Shown piece after piece: positions 1-9,671 of a DNA stretch of 38,672 nucleotides. Where the stretch lies: positions 1 through 38,672 of the forward strand of contig JBAXJR010000023.1 of NCBI GenBank assembly GCA_037137755.1, given 5' to 3'. This stretch comes from Methanomicrobiales archaeon (lineage in GTDB: Archaea > Halobacteriota > Methanomicrobia > Methanomicrobiales > Methanospirillaceae). A program made the position numbers and the translations under genes. Within the stretch, counting starts at the first letter, position 1; each line of letters starts with the position of its first letter. The notes below the pieces were generated by a model. That model ran no database searches. It worked only from the letters and a program-made list of their open reading frames with translations, and was not told the origin of the DNA.

Positions 1-1384
1 TTGAATCGACATCTGCCGGATCCAGGTCATGCCCGTTCAACGCGATTGGTGGGACGCCATCAATGAACCCAACGGGCAGGTAGAGGTTGCCAAAGTTATC
101 ATAGGACCCGGAGGTATCATAGGTCCCTGCCGGGCCTGGGTCCGGTACAAGCATATTGGACTCCAGCACCCCTCCGGTCGGGATTGATACCTGCTCACCA
201 AGAATATTAGTCGTCTGGAACAAGTTATACAAGTACATATTTGAGCGCAGTTTTCCATTTGAACCTGGTATTGACAGGGTTGAGTACATCGTACAGATAC
301 CCGGAGTCGCATAGTATTTTCCAAGCTCATCATTAATATTGATATTTTGATTTATCCAGGCATATCCCGGCGTTCCGATCTTCGTTAAGTCCGCCCAGAA
401 AGTCGATCCGCTTGTTACCGGTGTCCAACCCGAATTATCGAGTTTAAATGCAATTACGACCAGGTCGGTTATCCCTCCCGGGTCTCCGGCGGATGACCCC
501 TGGAACAGGGCAATTGTCGACAAATGTGAGTTAAAGTAGGTCTTCAGATCAGAGGTGGAGAACAACAGCGACTGTCCTCGTTCCTCAGGGTTATCCGGGT
601 TGACATACCAGGAGTAGACCTGGCCACCCGAGTCACTGATTCCCACGATTATGGTATCGTTTGTACCCGGATAGGTGGTGATTAACGCACTGTAAATTTG
701 AGATTCAGGGACCAGGAACCCCTGGGAATTTTCGACCTGGCAGACTTCAGTTGGGATAATGGTGCCTGATGTGGCCTCCAGTTGCTCTTCTGATATCATG
801 GAGATGTCAAGAACAGGGGTGCCACCGTTTATCTGCTGGGAAACAAGATAAACTCCATCTGATGAGGGTAGTACTTTAAACATTGACATCCCCCCACCCG
901 GGGAGGTATATTGCACAGATTTTGCCGCCGCCCAGCTCATGGTACCGCTTGTTGCACCCCCGGTGATAGTACCTGAATTTAAATCGAGGAGTGTTTCCGA
1001 ATTTTGTGTGAAGACATAGATGATGCCATTTACTAATGTGGCCTGAAGCCCGCTGTACTGGAAATTAACCGCTTGGGATGACCCGGATTCCGCCAGAGGA
1101 TACGAATTGGCAAGATACCAGATTGTGCCATCAGGGTTTGCCGTAAAAGAATTCGCTTTGGTAATCAGGTTTGCCGAAATTTGCTTATCTGCCACAACCG
1201 TAACAATTCCTGGAGATCCTCCAATTGGCATTCCGACACATCCCCAGGCAGAGGCCTGAATGTATTGATTTTCCGTTAAAATTGGACCATCAAAATCCCC
1301 ATATACATGCGAGGGAATAATCCATAATAATCCCAATACCAGTAACAGCAGTACCTGATCCCGATGACCCTTTAATTGCACCAT
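1..1384 (-). CDS. Large secreted/cell-surface protein of unknown function, partial (runs off left edge; >460 aa)
   Basis: Manual translation from ATG 1384, with GGTGA 6 nt upstream: MVQLKGHRDQVLLLLVLGLLWIIPSHVYGDFDGP... The frame stays open to position 2 (...PVGFIDGVPPIALNGHDLDPADVDS). N-terminal hydrophobic signal peptide; S/T/G/N-rich. Missing from the ORF track because it has no stop in the window. Confidence 0.85.
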   Translation of the reverse strand, partial: MVQLKGHRDQVLLLLVLGLLWIIPSHVYGDFDGPILTENQYIQASAWGCVGMPIGGSPGIVTVVADKQISANLITKANSFTANPDGTIWYLANSYPLAESGSSQAVNFQYSGLQATLVNGIIYVFTQNSETLLDLNSGTITGGATSGTMSWAAAKSVQYTSPGGGMSMFKVLPSSDGVYLVSQQINGGTPVLDISMISEEQLEATSGTIIPTEVCQVENSQGFLVPESQIYSALITTYPGTNDTIIVGISDSGGQVYSWYVNPDNPEERGQSLLFSTSDLKTYFNSHLSTIALFQGSSAGDPGGITDLVVIAFKLDNSGWTPVTSGSTFWADLTKIGTPGYAWINQNININDELGKYYATPGICTMYSTLSIPGSNGKLRSNMYLYNLFQTTNILGEQVSIPTGGVLESNMLVPDPGPAGTYDTSGSYDNFGNLYLPVGFIDGVPPIALNGHDLDPADVDS

Positions 1385-1821
1385 ACTATTCACCAATCTG
1401 ATCTTAATCGTCGTGTCGGCGGGAAGGCATATATAATTGGTTATTTTTGGCCTTTTCAACAGGTGAGACCATACAATTATTCCATCCGCTCCATACGCTT
1501 ATTAAAATGTAATAAGGGTCAAAAATAGAACCCATACAGAAATTTGAGTTCCGCATATCATTTTTTTACCGAAATAAACCCGGAATAGCCATAAAGATAC
1601 AACAGGAAAGCAATTCAACCTCAAAATTGACCGTAATTGAGAAAAATAGAAACGGTTCTCATAATATCAGAAATATTGAGACACCTTTCAGGTGAACCCT
1701 GCCAATGCATATCTTATCGGGGGGGAGGGGCAGGGGGGGATGAAAAACCCTCCTGTCTACGTGGTCCCGCTTCAGTTTTAAATCACAAAGGATTTTTAAA
1801 AGAAGCGAAAATCTGAAGTAA

Positions 1822-2418
1822 TTATTCTATTTTCCGCCAGGTATGCGCAAACCGCTGGGCTGCGGTGAAATGGCCGAACACCCCGAATATTACCAGTAAC
1901 CACCCGAGCAACGGCATCCCGAGTACTCCCTCCGGGAATACCAGTGTCAGGATCCCTGCAACCATGATCAACAACAGGCGGTCTGCCCGCCCAAGTACCC
2001 CGCCATAAAATCTCCCGACACCGACAGCCTGCGCCTGGGTACCGATATACGAGGACATGAGGACACCGGTCAGGGCAAAAATTCCAAGGAGCCAGCCGGA
2101 ATTTCCCCCACCGATAATACCGGTGATGATGAAAATGTCTGCGTAGCGGTCGACCACGTGGTCGAGGAAATCACCTTTAGGGCTCTGGATATTCATCGCA
2201 CGTGCAAGAGCGCCATCCAGTGCATCCAGGCCCGCATTTAACGCAACCATCACGACAGCAGCTGCAATATAGTTAAAATAGAAAAAAACACCTGCAGCAA
2301 TTGCTGCGACCAGTGATCCGACGGTCAGGATATTAGGGGTAAGACCCATCTTCATCGAGACCGCAATAAAAGGGTTGAACCAGTCCTTCACGTGCGGTCT
2401 GAAATGGTCAAGCGTCAT
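1822..2418 (-). CDS. CDP-alcohol phosphatidyltransferase family (archaeal phospholipid head-group synthase)
   Basis: Signature DALDGALAR...GDFLDHVVDRYAD (DxxDGxxAR...GxxLDxxxD) and multiple TM helices. Confidence 0.93.
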   Translation of the reverse strand: MTLDHFRPHVKDWFNPFIAVSMKMGLTPNILTVGSLVAAIAAGVFFYFNYIAAAVVMVALNAGLDALDGALARAMNIQSPKGDFLDHVVDRYADIFIITGIIGGGNSGWLLGIFALTGVLMSSYIGTQAQAVGVGRFYGGVLGRADRLLLIMVAGILTLVFPEGVLGMPLLGWLLVIFGVFGHFTAAQRFAHTWRKIE

Positions 2419-2927
2419 GTCATTGGCTCCAGGTAGTCCGACCAGTCGATCTTCCCATAAGAGGAAGGTATCTCCTTTCGGATAAACTGCACTATTTGTC
2501 CCACGCAGTCAGGAATCGTGGCACTGGTTGTGTCTATTTCAATAATGTGCCCTGGCGGGTGAATCTCAAGGGCCTCAACGAGGATCACATCAAGCGCTTC
2601 GGCTTCAACATTCTCCCGTATTTTCTCTTCGTGGTAACCCCGCTTCACCAGCCTTGACCTGAGGATATCCGGCCTGCAGCGAAGAAGGATAACAAGGTCA
2701 CAGGGCAGGAGATGGGCAAGATGCCCTTCAACAAACCCGTCAACCGGCATGAAAGATTCGATCCAGGCTTCCTCGTCAATGATGACGGTATCCCGCTCAT
2801 TGTCAGCCTCAATAATAAATTCACGGGCTGTTTCGGTCGCATGGACCACGGGGTAACCGTGCTTTTCCAGCTCTGCTGCAATCGCAGACTTCCCTGTACC
2901 GGGGGTCCCGGATATCCCGTACATCAT
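2415..2927 (-). CDS. Adenylate kinase, AK6/Fap7-like archaeal family
   Basis: Walker A GTPGTGKS, VEGHLAH motif, RLxKRGY..EKIRENVEAE; 4-nt overlaps with both neighbours. Confidence 0.9.
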   Translation of the reverse strand: MMYGISGTPGTGKSAIAAELEKHGYPVVHATETAREFIIEADNERDTVIIDEEAWIESFMPVDGFVEGHLAHLLPCDLVILLRCRPDILRSRLVKRGYHEEKIRENVEAEALDVILVEALEIHPPGHIIEIDTTSATIPDCVGQIVQFIRKEIPSSYGKIDWSDYLEPMT

Positions 2928-3985
2928 GGATTTAAGCGACTGAAGGCATCAATGCACATCTTGTTTTCCCAGTCTGCACCGATACTCACCCGTACATAAT
3001 GGTCTTCGAGACCGCGGAAACTCCGGCACGACCGGACAAGCACACCCATCCGGGCGAGACGCTCGACTGCCTCGTCTGATGTGAGCGGAGCGACGTCCAC
3101 CATGATGAAATTCGCATCTGATGGCATGACCGGATAGTTCAACCGCACGGACAATTCCTTTCTCAATCGTTGTACCCGTGCACGGGCTGTGTCGACATGG
3201 TGGATATCTGACAGGGCTCCCACTGCCGCGGCAGCCGATACCGCGTTGAGGGTGTGGGGTGTGGCGGCACGGAGGTAGTAGGGCCTGAACCACTCAGGCA
3301 CAAATGCATACCCTACCCGGAGCCCTGCAAGCGAGTACGCCTTTGAAAAGGTCCTCCCGATAATCAGGTTGTCGTACTCCCGGAGTAGCGGGAGATAATC
3401 CAGGTCTGAAAATTCCACGTATGCATTATCGAGGAACAGGACACATCCGATATGCTCAAGGATTTCCCTGATCACTTCCACTGATGTCCCGTTTCCTGTC
3501 GGGTTATTGGGTGTGCACAGGAACGCCAGTTTCACTTCTTCACATGCCTCGATAAACGGGTCAGGTTCAACGGTAAACCCGGGCCCCCTCAGTACTTCGA
3601 CAACACCAGCCCCCTGCGCAATGGCCGAAAGCCGGTAAAATGAGAACGTGGGTGTGGAAATCGCAACAAGGTCTCCCGGTTCCACCAGGGTCCGGATCGT
3701 TGTCTCGATGACCCCGTCCATGCCAACACCGGTTACGAAGGGATAATTCCCGTGCACCGCGATGAGGGCCTCGTTCAGGGAGGACTGCCGCTCATCCGGG
3801 TACCGGTTCGCGTGGGAAAGCGCTTCGTACCCCAATTTCAGCGCTACTTCCGAAAGTGGATCAGGGTTTTCGTTGCTTGCAAGCCTTGCGACCCGTTCAA
3901 TACCATGCTTTTTTCCGATCTCGGCCGCGTTCTTTGCAAAGACATAGCCCTCGCTCTGGTAGCATTCCCTAACCGATCGCTTCAT
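2924..3985 (-). CDS. hisC: Histidinol-phosphate aminotransferase
   Basis: LASNENP, PNNPTG, DNAY, RTFSKAYSLAGLRVGY (PLP lysine); ATG 3985 preceded by GAGGTG. Confidence 0.95.
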   Translation of the reverse strand: MKRSVRECYQSEGYVFAKNAAEIGKKHGIERVARLASNENPDPLSEVALKLGYEALSHANRYPDERQSSLNEALIAVHGNYPFVTGVGMDGVIETTIRTLVEPGDLVAISTPTFSFYRLSAIAQGAGVVEVLRGPGFTVEPDPFIEACEEVKLAFLCTPNNPTGNGTSVEVIREILEHIGCVLFLDNAYVEFSDLDYLPLLREYDNLIIGRTFSKAYSLAGLRVGYAFVPEWFRPYYLRAATPHTLNAVSAAAAVGALSDIHHVDTARARVQRLRKELSVRLNYPVMPSDANFIMVDVAPLTSDEAVERLARMGVLVRSCRSFRGLEDHYVRVSIGADWENKMCIDAFSRLNP

Positions 3986-5099
3986 TGACCACCTCAATCA
4001 CACGGTCGATCTCGCGGTCACTGATGACAAGGGGGGGCATAAGCCGCAGGTTCCCATCGGCAGCACAGTTTACCAGTACACCGTTCTTTGCACAATTGTC
4101 CCGGATGGACCCGCACCGGTCACCGGTGGTCATCCCGATCAGGAGACCGGCTACACGGGGGTTATGCCTGGAAAGCCCCTTCCTGAACCGTTCTGCCTTC
4201 ACGGAAATGGACGGCAGAATCTCTTCGATGACCCCGATCGTTGCAAGCGCTGCTGCACAGGCAAGCGGACCGCCCGCAAACGTGCTCCCATGCTCGCTCT
4301 TCTGGAATTCGAGCCCTTTCCGGGCCACGAGTGCACCCATGGGAAAACCACTCGCTATCCCTTTTGCGATGGTGACAATGTCCGGCATGGCACGGGTATG
4401 CTGGTATGCAAACCATTTCCCGGTCCTCCCCATCCCGGTCTGTACCTCATCCGCGATCATGAGCGTCCCATGGTCATCGCAGATCTCACGGACCCCTTCA
4501 AGGAAACCAGACGGTGGTAGTATGACACCGGCTTCACCCTGGACGGGTTCAACAAGCACGGCGGCGGTATCGTCATCGACTGCCTTTTTCAGTAATTCCA
4601 GGTCCCCATATTCCACAAATGAACATTCAATCCCAAGGGGTTCGAATGGTTCACGTATCGCCGGTTTGTGGGTGACTGCAAGTGACCCGATCGTCCTCCC
4701 GTGAAACCCGTGTTCAAATGATACAAATTTCTTCCTGCCGGTCCGCACACGGGCAAGTTTCATTGCACCCTCGTTCGCTTCCGCTCCTGAATTGGAGAAA
4801 AACGCCTTTTCAAGGCCTGATATCTCAACGAGCTTCTTCGCCAGTTCTGCCTGGTGTGGAACGTAGTACAGGTTAGAGCAGTGGATCAGGGTGTTCGCCT
4901 GGTCACAGAGTGCCTTCACCACGGCCGGATGGCAGTGACCGGTGCTGCAGACAGCAATCCCTGCCACGCAGTCAATATACTCCTTCCCGTCCGAGTCCCA
5001 TACTAATGATCCGGATCCCCGGGAGATCATCATGTCCCTCGTAAATGCGGGCATAACGTACTGTGCATCCAGTTCCCTGAAATTGGATGAATTTTTCAT
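3969..5099 (-). CDS. argD: Acetylornithine aminotransferase (class III PLP)
   Basis: NSGAEANE, FHGRT, EPVQGEAG, DEVQTGMGRTG, AKGIASGFP, HGSTFAG; start chosen at 5099 (5138 possible). Confidence 0.92.
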   Translation of the reverse strand: MKNSSNFRELDAQYVMPAFTRDMMISRGSGSLVWDSDGKEYIDCVAGIAVCSTGHCHPAVVKALCDQANTLIHCSNLYYVPHQAELAKKLVEISGLEKAFFSNSGAEANEGAMKLARVRTGRKKFVSFEHGFHGRTIGSLAVTHKPAIREPFEPLGIECSFVEYGDLELLKKAVDDDTAAVLVEPVQGEAGVILPPSGFLEGVREICDDHGTLMIADEVQTGMGRTGKWFAYQHTRAMPDIVTIAKGIASGFPMGALVARKGLEFQKSEHGSTFAGGPLACAAALATIGVIEEILPSISVKAERFRKGLSRHNPRVAGLLIGMTTGDRCGSIRDNCAKNGVLVNCAADGNLRLMPPLVISDREIDRVIEVVNEAIG

Positions 5100-5228
5100 G
5101 TAGTATCCTTCCTGTTTATGTTGCTTTGATTTTTTCATCTGTTTTCTTTCTGGTGGAGGAATGATTTAAGCGGAGACGTTCCGGAAGGGAAATTTTTCAA
5201 TTTCAAATCCTGTTCGTTTCCACCAGAC

Positions 5229-6146
5229 TCATTCGTATTCAATTGTCGCCGGTGGCTTAGGCGTGATATCGTACACGACTCTTGCCACGCTTCGGATCTG
5301 TCCGGTGATCCGGGACTCGATTTTTGCCAGTACCTCGTAGGGGAGATGGATCGGGTCCGCTGTCATACCATCGCGTGAGTTTACCGCTCGTACGGCCACT
5401 ATCCACCCATGGACCCGGTTATCTCCCTTCACCCCGGTACCGAGCCCTACCACCGCAGCTAAACACTGCCATGGACGGAACTGTTCAACCAGTTCATCCT
5501 CGACAATCCAGTTCGCTTCCCGGGCAACCTCAACTTTTTCAGGGGTCACTTCCCCGATTATCCTGACTGCAAGACCCGGTCCCGGAAATGGCATCCTGTG
5601 CTGGATTTCTGCCGGAAGTCCGAGTGCACCGGCGACATCTCTCACTTCGTCCTTGTAAAGGTCACGGAGCGGTTCAATGACACCTTCAAATTCCATGTGA
5701 AGTGGCATACCACCGACGTTGTGATGGCTCTTGATACCCCCTTCACTTTCGATACGGTCCGGGTAGATCGTGCCCTGGAGGAGCATGTTCGCTCCCGTTA
5801 ATCTGGCCTCACGTTCGAAGACGCGGATGAACTGTTCACCAATGGCTTTTCTCTTTGCTTCCGGGTCTGTGACCCCTTTCAGGACCGCGAGGAATTCAAC
5901 CGATGCATCGACAATTTTGAGGTTCATGTCACCAAACAGGTGACAGATCCGTTCGGTCTCACCCTTTCTCATGAGGCCGGTATCGACATAAATCGGCACC
6001 AGTTTGCACCCGATTGCCTTCGCTGCCAGCGCCGCCGCAACCGAACTGTCAACACCCCCGGAAAGGGCCATGACAACCCCCCTGCCGGCTGCAGCAGCCC
6101 TGATCTCCGTTATTGCCTGATCGATGAATTTTGCTGTATTAACCAT
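5229..6146 (-). CDS. guaAB: GMP synthase subunit B (ATP pyrophosphatase)
   Basis: SGGVDS PP-loop, [26 protein letters not shown]-terminus; no glutaminase domain (split archaeal form). Confidence 0.96.
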   Translation of the reverse strand: MVNTAKFIDQAITEIRAAAAGRGVVMALSGGVDSSVAAALAAKAIGCKLVPIYVDTGLMRKGETERICHLFGDMNLKIVDASVEFLAVLKGVTDPEAKRKAIGEQFIRVFEREARLTGANMLLQGTIYPDRIESEGGIKSHHNVGGMPLHMEFEGVIEPLRDLYKDEVRDVAGALGLPAEIQHRMPFPGPGLAVRIIGEVTPEKVEVAREANWIVEDELVEQFRPWQCLAAVVGLGTGVKGDNRVHGWIVAVRAVNSRDGMTADPIHLPYEVLAKIESRITGQIRSVARVVYDITPKPPATIEYE

Positions 6147-6163
6147 TCATTCACCTGTATTTT

Positions 6164-7744
6164 TTAGATTTTTTTATTCCGTTCACGGCATGCTTCCACA
6201 AACCCGAGGAACGGGGGTGATGGTCGCGTCGGCCTTGACCTGAACTCCGGGTGGAACTGGGTGGCAAAGAAGAACGGGTGTGCCGGCACCTCGAGGATCT
6301 CCATCCGGTCCCCCCAGGTCCCTGAAAACACCACACCTGCCTTTTCAAGCGTTTCTATGGAGCCCGGGTCCACTTCGTACCGGTGGCGGTGCCGCTCAGT
6401 GGTCGCGTTACTCCCGTACAGCTTCTTCGCCAGTGTCCCATCCTTAAGGGTTACCGGGTAGTTGCCAAGTCTCATGGTTCCACCCAGGTTTTTCACGTTC
6501 TCCTGCTCTGGCAGGATTGCTATCACGTGCTTCCCCGCACCGAACTCTTCACTCGTGGCATCAGTCCACCCGAGAACGTTTCGCGAATATTCGACAACCG
6601 CCATCTGGAACCCGAGACACAGGCCAAGGAACGGGATGCCTTTTGTCCTGGCATACGTGATGGCATCGATCTTACCCTGTATTCCACGCGGGCCGAACCC
6701 ACCAGGGACCAGGATACCGTCATATTCCTCAAGGTGTGACGGTTCGTACCGTTCTGCATCGAGCCAGCCTATCTTCACCTCGGTGGAAAGGGCACGACCC
6801 GCATGCTTAAGTGCCTCCTTGATACTCAGGTAAACGTCCTCAATTCCGTATTTAGAGACTATTGCAACGCTTATACGGCTTGTATACTCCCGGTTCACGA
6901 GGCTGTACCAGTCATTGTTTACCGCTCTCTTTTCAAGGCCCATATGCTTCGAAAGGACATCCGCCAGGCCTTCTTTCTCCATTTCCATCGGGACCTGGTA
7001 TATATCCGGAACAGTCGCTGCGCTAATCACGCCGGCCTGCGGGAGGTCACAGAACGCTGAAATCTTACGTTTCGTGTTGGGCCCGATGGGCTCGTCACTC
7101 CTCCCTACAATAATATCCGCGTAAAGACCGAGTTCACGGAGCGCCTTGACCGAGTGCTGGGTCGGCTTGGTCTTCATATCTCCCATCGAGTCCGCAGGTA
7201 TAAGGGTCACATGGATAAGGAGACTGTCAGCCTCAGGGAGTTCTCCCCGCATCTGCCTGACCGCTTCAAGGAAGGGCATGCTCTCGATGTCGCCCACCGT
7301 GCCGCCGACTTCAACGAGACACATTTCTGCCTGTTCACCGTTGTTAATCGGGGTTTCAGCGGCATTCCTGATACAGGTCTTTATCTGTTCGGTTATATGG
7401 GGGATGATCTGCACGGTCTCGCCAAGGAAATCACCCCGGCGCTCCATTTCGATGACCGTCCGGTAAACTTTCCCGGTTGTAATATTGTGGGTTGCCCCGA
7501 GGTCGATATCGAGGAACCGCTCGTAATTCCCGAGGTCGAGATCGACCTCCCCGCCATCTGAAAGGACGAACACCTCGCCATGCTGGCCGGGATTCATCGT
7601 GCCGGCGTCGATATTGAGGTACGGGTCTATCTTTACCGCCGTTACTTTGTACCCACGACTTTTCAGGATGCGTCCAACAGACGCCGCGGTAATCCCTTTT
7701 CCAAGCCCGCTCATTACTCCGCCGGTAATAAAAATATACTTCAT
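6164..7744 (-). CDS. pyrG: CTP synthase
   Basis: [43 protein letters not shown]. Confidence 0.98.
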   Translation of the reverse strand: MKYIFITGGVMSGLGKGITAASVGRILKSRGYKVTAVKIDPYLNIDAGTMNPGQHGEVFVLSDGGEVDLDLGNYERFLDIDLGATHNITTGKVYRTVIEMERRGDFLGETVQIIPHITEQIKTCIRNAAETPINNGEQAEMCLVEVGGTVGDIESMPFLEAVRQMRGELPEADSLLIHVTLIPADSMGDMKTKPTQHSVKALRELGLYADIIVGRSDEPIGPNTKRKISAFCDLPQAGVISAATVPDIYQVPMEMEKEGLADVLSKHMGLEKRAVNNDWYSLVNREYTSRISVAIVSKYGIEDVYLSIKEALKHAGRALSTEVKIGWLDAERYEPSHLEEYDGILVPGGFGPRGIQGKIDAITYARTKGIPFLGLCLGFQMAVVEYSRNVLGWTDATSEEFGAGKHVIAILPEQENVKNLGGTMRLGNYPVTLKDGTLAKKLYGSNATTERHRHRYEVDPGSIETLEKAGVVFSGTWGDRMEILEVPAHPFFFATQFHPEFRSRPTRPSPPFLGFVEACRERNKKI

Positions 7745-7977
7745 ACGATCCCCCGTTCACCTGTATAATTATGATTACACATTATCACTCATTTTATGAT
7801 AGTTCTATTGCCCTCCATCAAAAAGGGTGATTGGGAAAAAAGAAGTGTCAGACGTCCGATTGCCCCATAAATGAAAAGAGATCGCGGTCTCCTGCAGGTT
7901 GCGGGGATAAATACCCAGGCAGGCCTGTTGTTCGGCCGGAAAACAGCGTTGAGGTGTACCGTTGTGTGATCCCCGGT

Positions 7978-8403
7978 TCAGGTCTTTTTCAACGTGGTTG
8001 AAATCGCAAAAGAAGCGGAAGAACGTGCGATAATATCCTGCAGACCATCAAGCCGCAGATCAGCTTCTGAGAATACCACCCTCCTCCCTTTTTTGATAAC
8101 GCGGCCTTCTGCAACCAGGACCATCCCGGGTCCGGCACCCCTCATGAAACTGGTTGATTCCGAAATGGTGGCAATGACCTGGTCTTCTTCGAGCAGGGCG
8201 TAAATGGCAAGTACCATGGCCTCGTCAGCGAGCGCGGTAAACATACCGCCCTGTAAAAAACCTTCACCGTTGAGCATATCATTCCGGACCCTCATGCTGA
8301 GCGTGGCCTTCCCATTCTCCAGCGAGACCACGTCGATCCCCATCAGGCAGAAAAACGGGTTTGCATCCCTCCCATGGTCCCTGATCCTTTCAATATAACT
8401 CAT
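7978..8403 (-). CDS. PaaI-family hotdog-fold thioesterase
   Basis: NGEGFLQGGMFTALADEA motif, GRVIKKGRR strand, 141 aa. Confidence 0.88.
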   Translation of the reverse strand: MSYIERIRDHGRDANPFFCLMGIDVVSLENGKATLSMRVRNDMLNGEGFLQGGMFTALADEAMVLAIYALLEEDQVIATISESTSFMRGAGPGMVLVAEGRVIKKGRRVVFSEADLRLDGLQDIIARSSASFAISTTLKKT

Positions 8404-8489
8404 TTAATTCCAATGTATCTTCGTGAGCGATACAATAAGGGTTTCCCACCCCGGGTGTATTCATCTTGTTGTGTGACAATCCTTTCAGC

Positions 8490-8750
8490 ATGTCCAATGA
8501 ACAGATGAAGGAGAACGAAGTGACCGGGTTACTCCGTGACCTTGTATGGCTGAATGCGGTCATCGCAACCGAATTAATCCAGATCACTGAGAACAGTTCG
8601 CAAATACTACGAAAGAGCCAGCCACCTGAGTCCTGTATGCGTGACCACCAGTCACTCCGTGAAACGGCCCTGCTGATAGCAGAGCGTTGCCGGCCGGGAA
8701 CTGCCTTAAAAGAGCACCTTACAAATCACCAGCAGGATAAATCTGCGTAA
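8490..8750 (+). CDS. Small helical hypothetical protein
   Basis: ORF divergent from the thioesterase in otherwise unoccupied space; ATG 8490 (TTG 8466 possible); no motif recognised. Confidence 0.65.
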   Translation: MSNEQMKENEVTGLLRDLVWLNAVIATELIQITENSSQILRKSQPPESCMRDHQSLRETALLIAERCRPGTALKEHLTNHQQDKSA

Positions 8751-8942
8751 TGTATTATCCATTGTGCCCCGAAATATACAGGTAGACAGCACGGGTGAGC
8801 TCGTACATGGGCGCCTCTGGCAGGCGCTACAGCATAATGCCCTGACCACCTGACCCGGATACCCGGGCCAGGGGCAGGTAGTAGTGAAATGCGCAGGGCA
8901 TGATAGTGTGAAAAAGGCGGGCAACAGGCCAATCTATCCGGA

Positions 8943-9671
8943 GTGAGTATACTGGACCAGACAGAGAACAATGCAGGGATGGCAGCGTGTACCCTTGTTA
9001 TACCGGCCTATAACGAGGAAGAGCGGATCCACCTGCTCCTTTCGGATATAACGGGTTCAGGCTCCACCTACCTTTTTATCTGCGACGGAAACGATAAGAC
9101 CGCAGAAATAATCCGTGATTTTGCAACGGCAAACACGGGTATGCAGGTACATTGCCTGGAATATTCTGAAAGGCTGGGAAAAGGAAAGGCCATACGGGAA
9201 GGACTTCAAAAGGCAGTCACACCGTTTGCAGGTTACATGGACGCGGATGGCTCTACATCACTCGGTGAAATGATCTCGCTCCTGAACGGGCTCGGGGAGG
9301 CGGATGGTGTGATCGGTTCCCGCTATGTGCCCGGATCAATGATCACCACACAGCAGGGACTATTCCGGAGATTGCAGAGCCGGACATTTAATCACATTAT
9401 CAGGTTACTCTTTGACCTGCCCTATAACGATACCCAGTGCGGGGCGAAAATCTTTAAAAAGGCACCATTGGACGTCGTCCTCCCCAAGATTACCTCAACC
9501 GGGTTCGAGTTTGATGTGGAGCTGATCTGGCGGATGAGGACCGGTGGCTTTTTTTTAAAAGAACTCCCGATTATCTGGCAGAACAGGGGGGACTCACGGG
9601 TAAAAGGCCAGGACGCCTTCTCAATGTTTATGAACCTTGTAAAACTCAGGTTTGGATGGGGACAGGCTTGA
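8943..9671 (+). CDS. GT2 glycosyltransferase, dolichyl-phosphate glucosyl/mannosyltransferase-like
   Basis: VIPAYNEE, GKGKA, YMDADGS (DxD), IGSR, DTQCGAKIF, GFEFDVE. Confidence 0.92.
   Translation: MSILDQTENNAGMAACTLVIPAYNEEERIHLLLSDITGSGSTYLFICDGNDKTAEIIRDFATANTGMQVHCLEYSERLGKGKAIREGLQKAVTPFAGYMDADGSTSLGEMISLLNGLGEADGVIGSRYVPGSMITTQQGLFRRLQSRTFNHIIRLLFDLPYNDTQCGAKIFKKAPLDVVLPKITSTGFEFDVELIWRMRTGGFFLKELPIIWQNRGDSRVKGQDAFSMFMNLVKLRFGWGQA

Noticed and set aside
37-333. 98-aa minus-strand ORF
   Set aside because: Alternative frame inside the longer edge-truncated secreted-protein gene
1719-1756. G7-A-G4-CA-G7 tract (possible G-quadruplex or hairpin)
   Set aside because: Short and single; equally explained as a terminator-associated GC hairpin; no supporting evidence
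3985-7799. Many plus-strand and alternate-frame ORFs over argD/guaAB/pyrG (and similar ones elsewhere)
   Set aside because: Antisense or shadow ORFs of well-supported genes, without motifs
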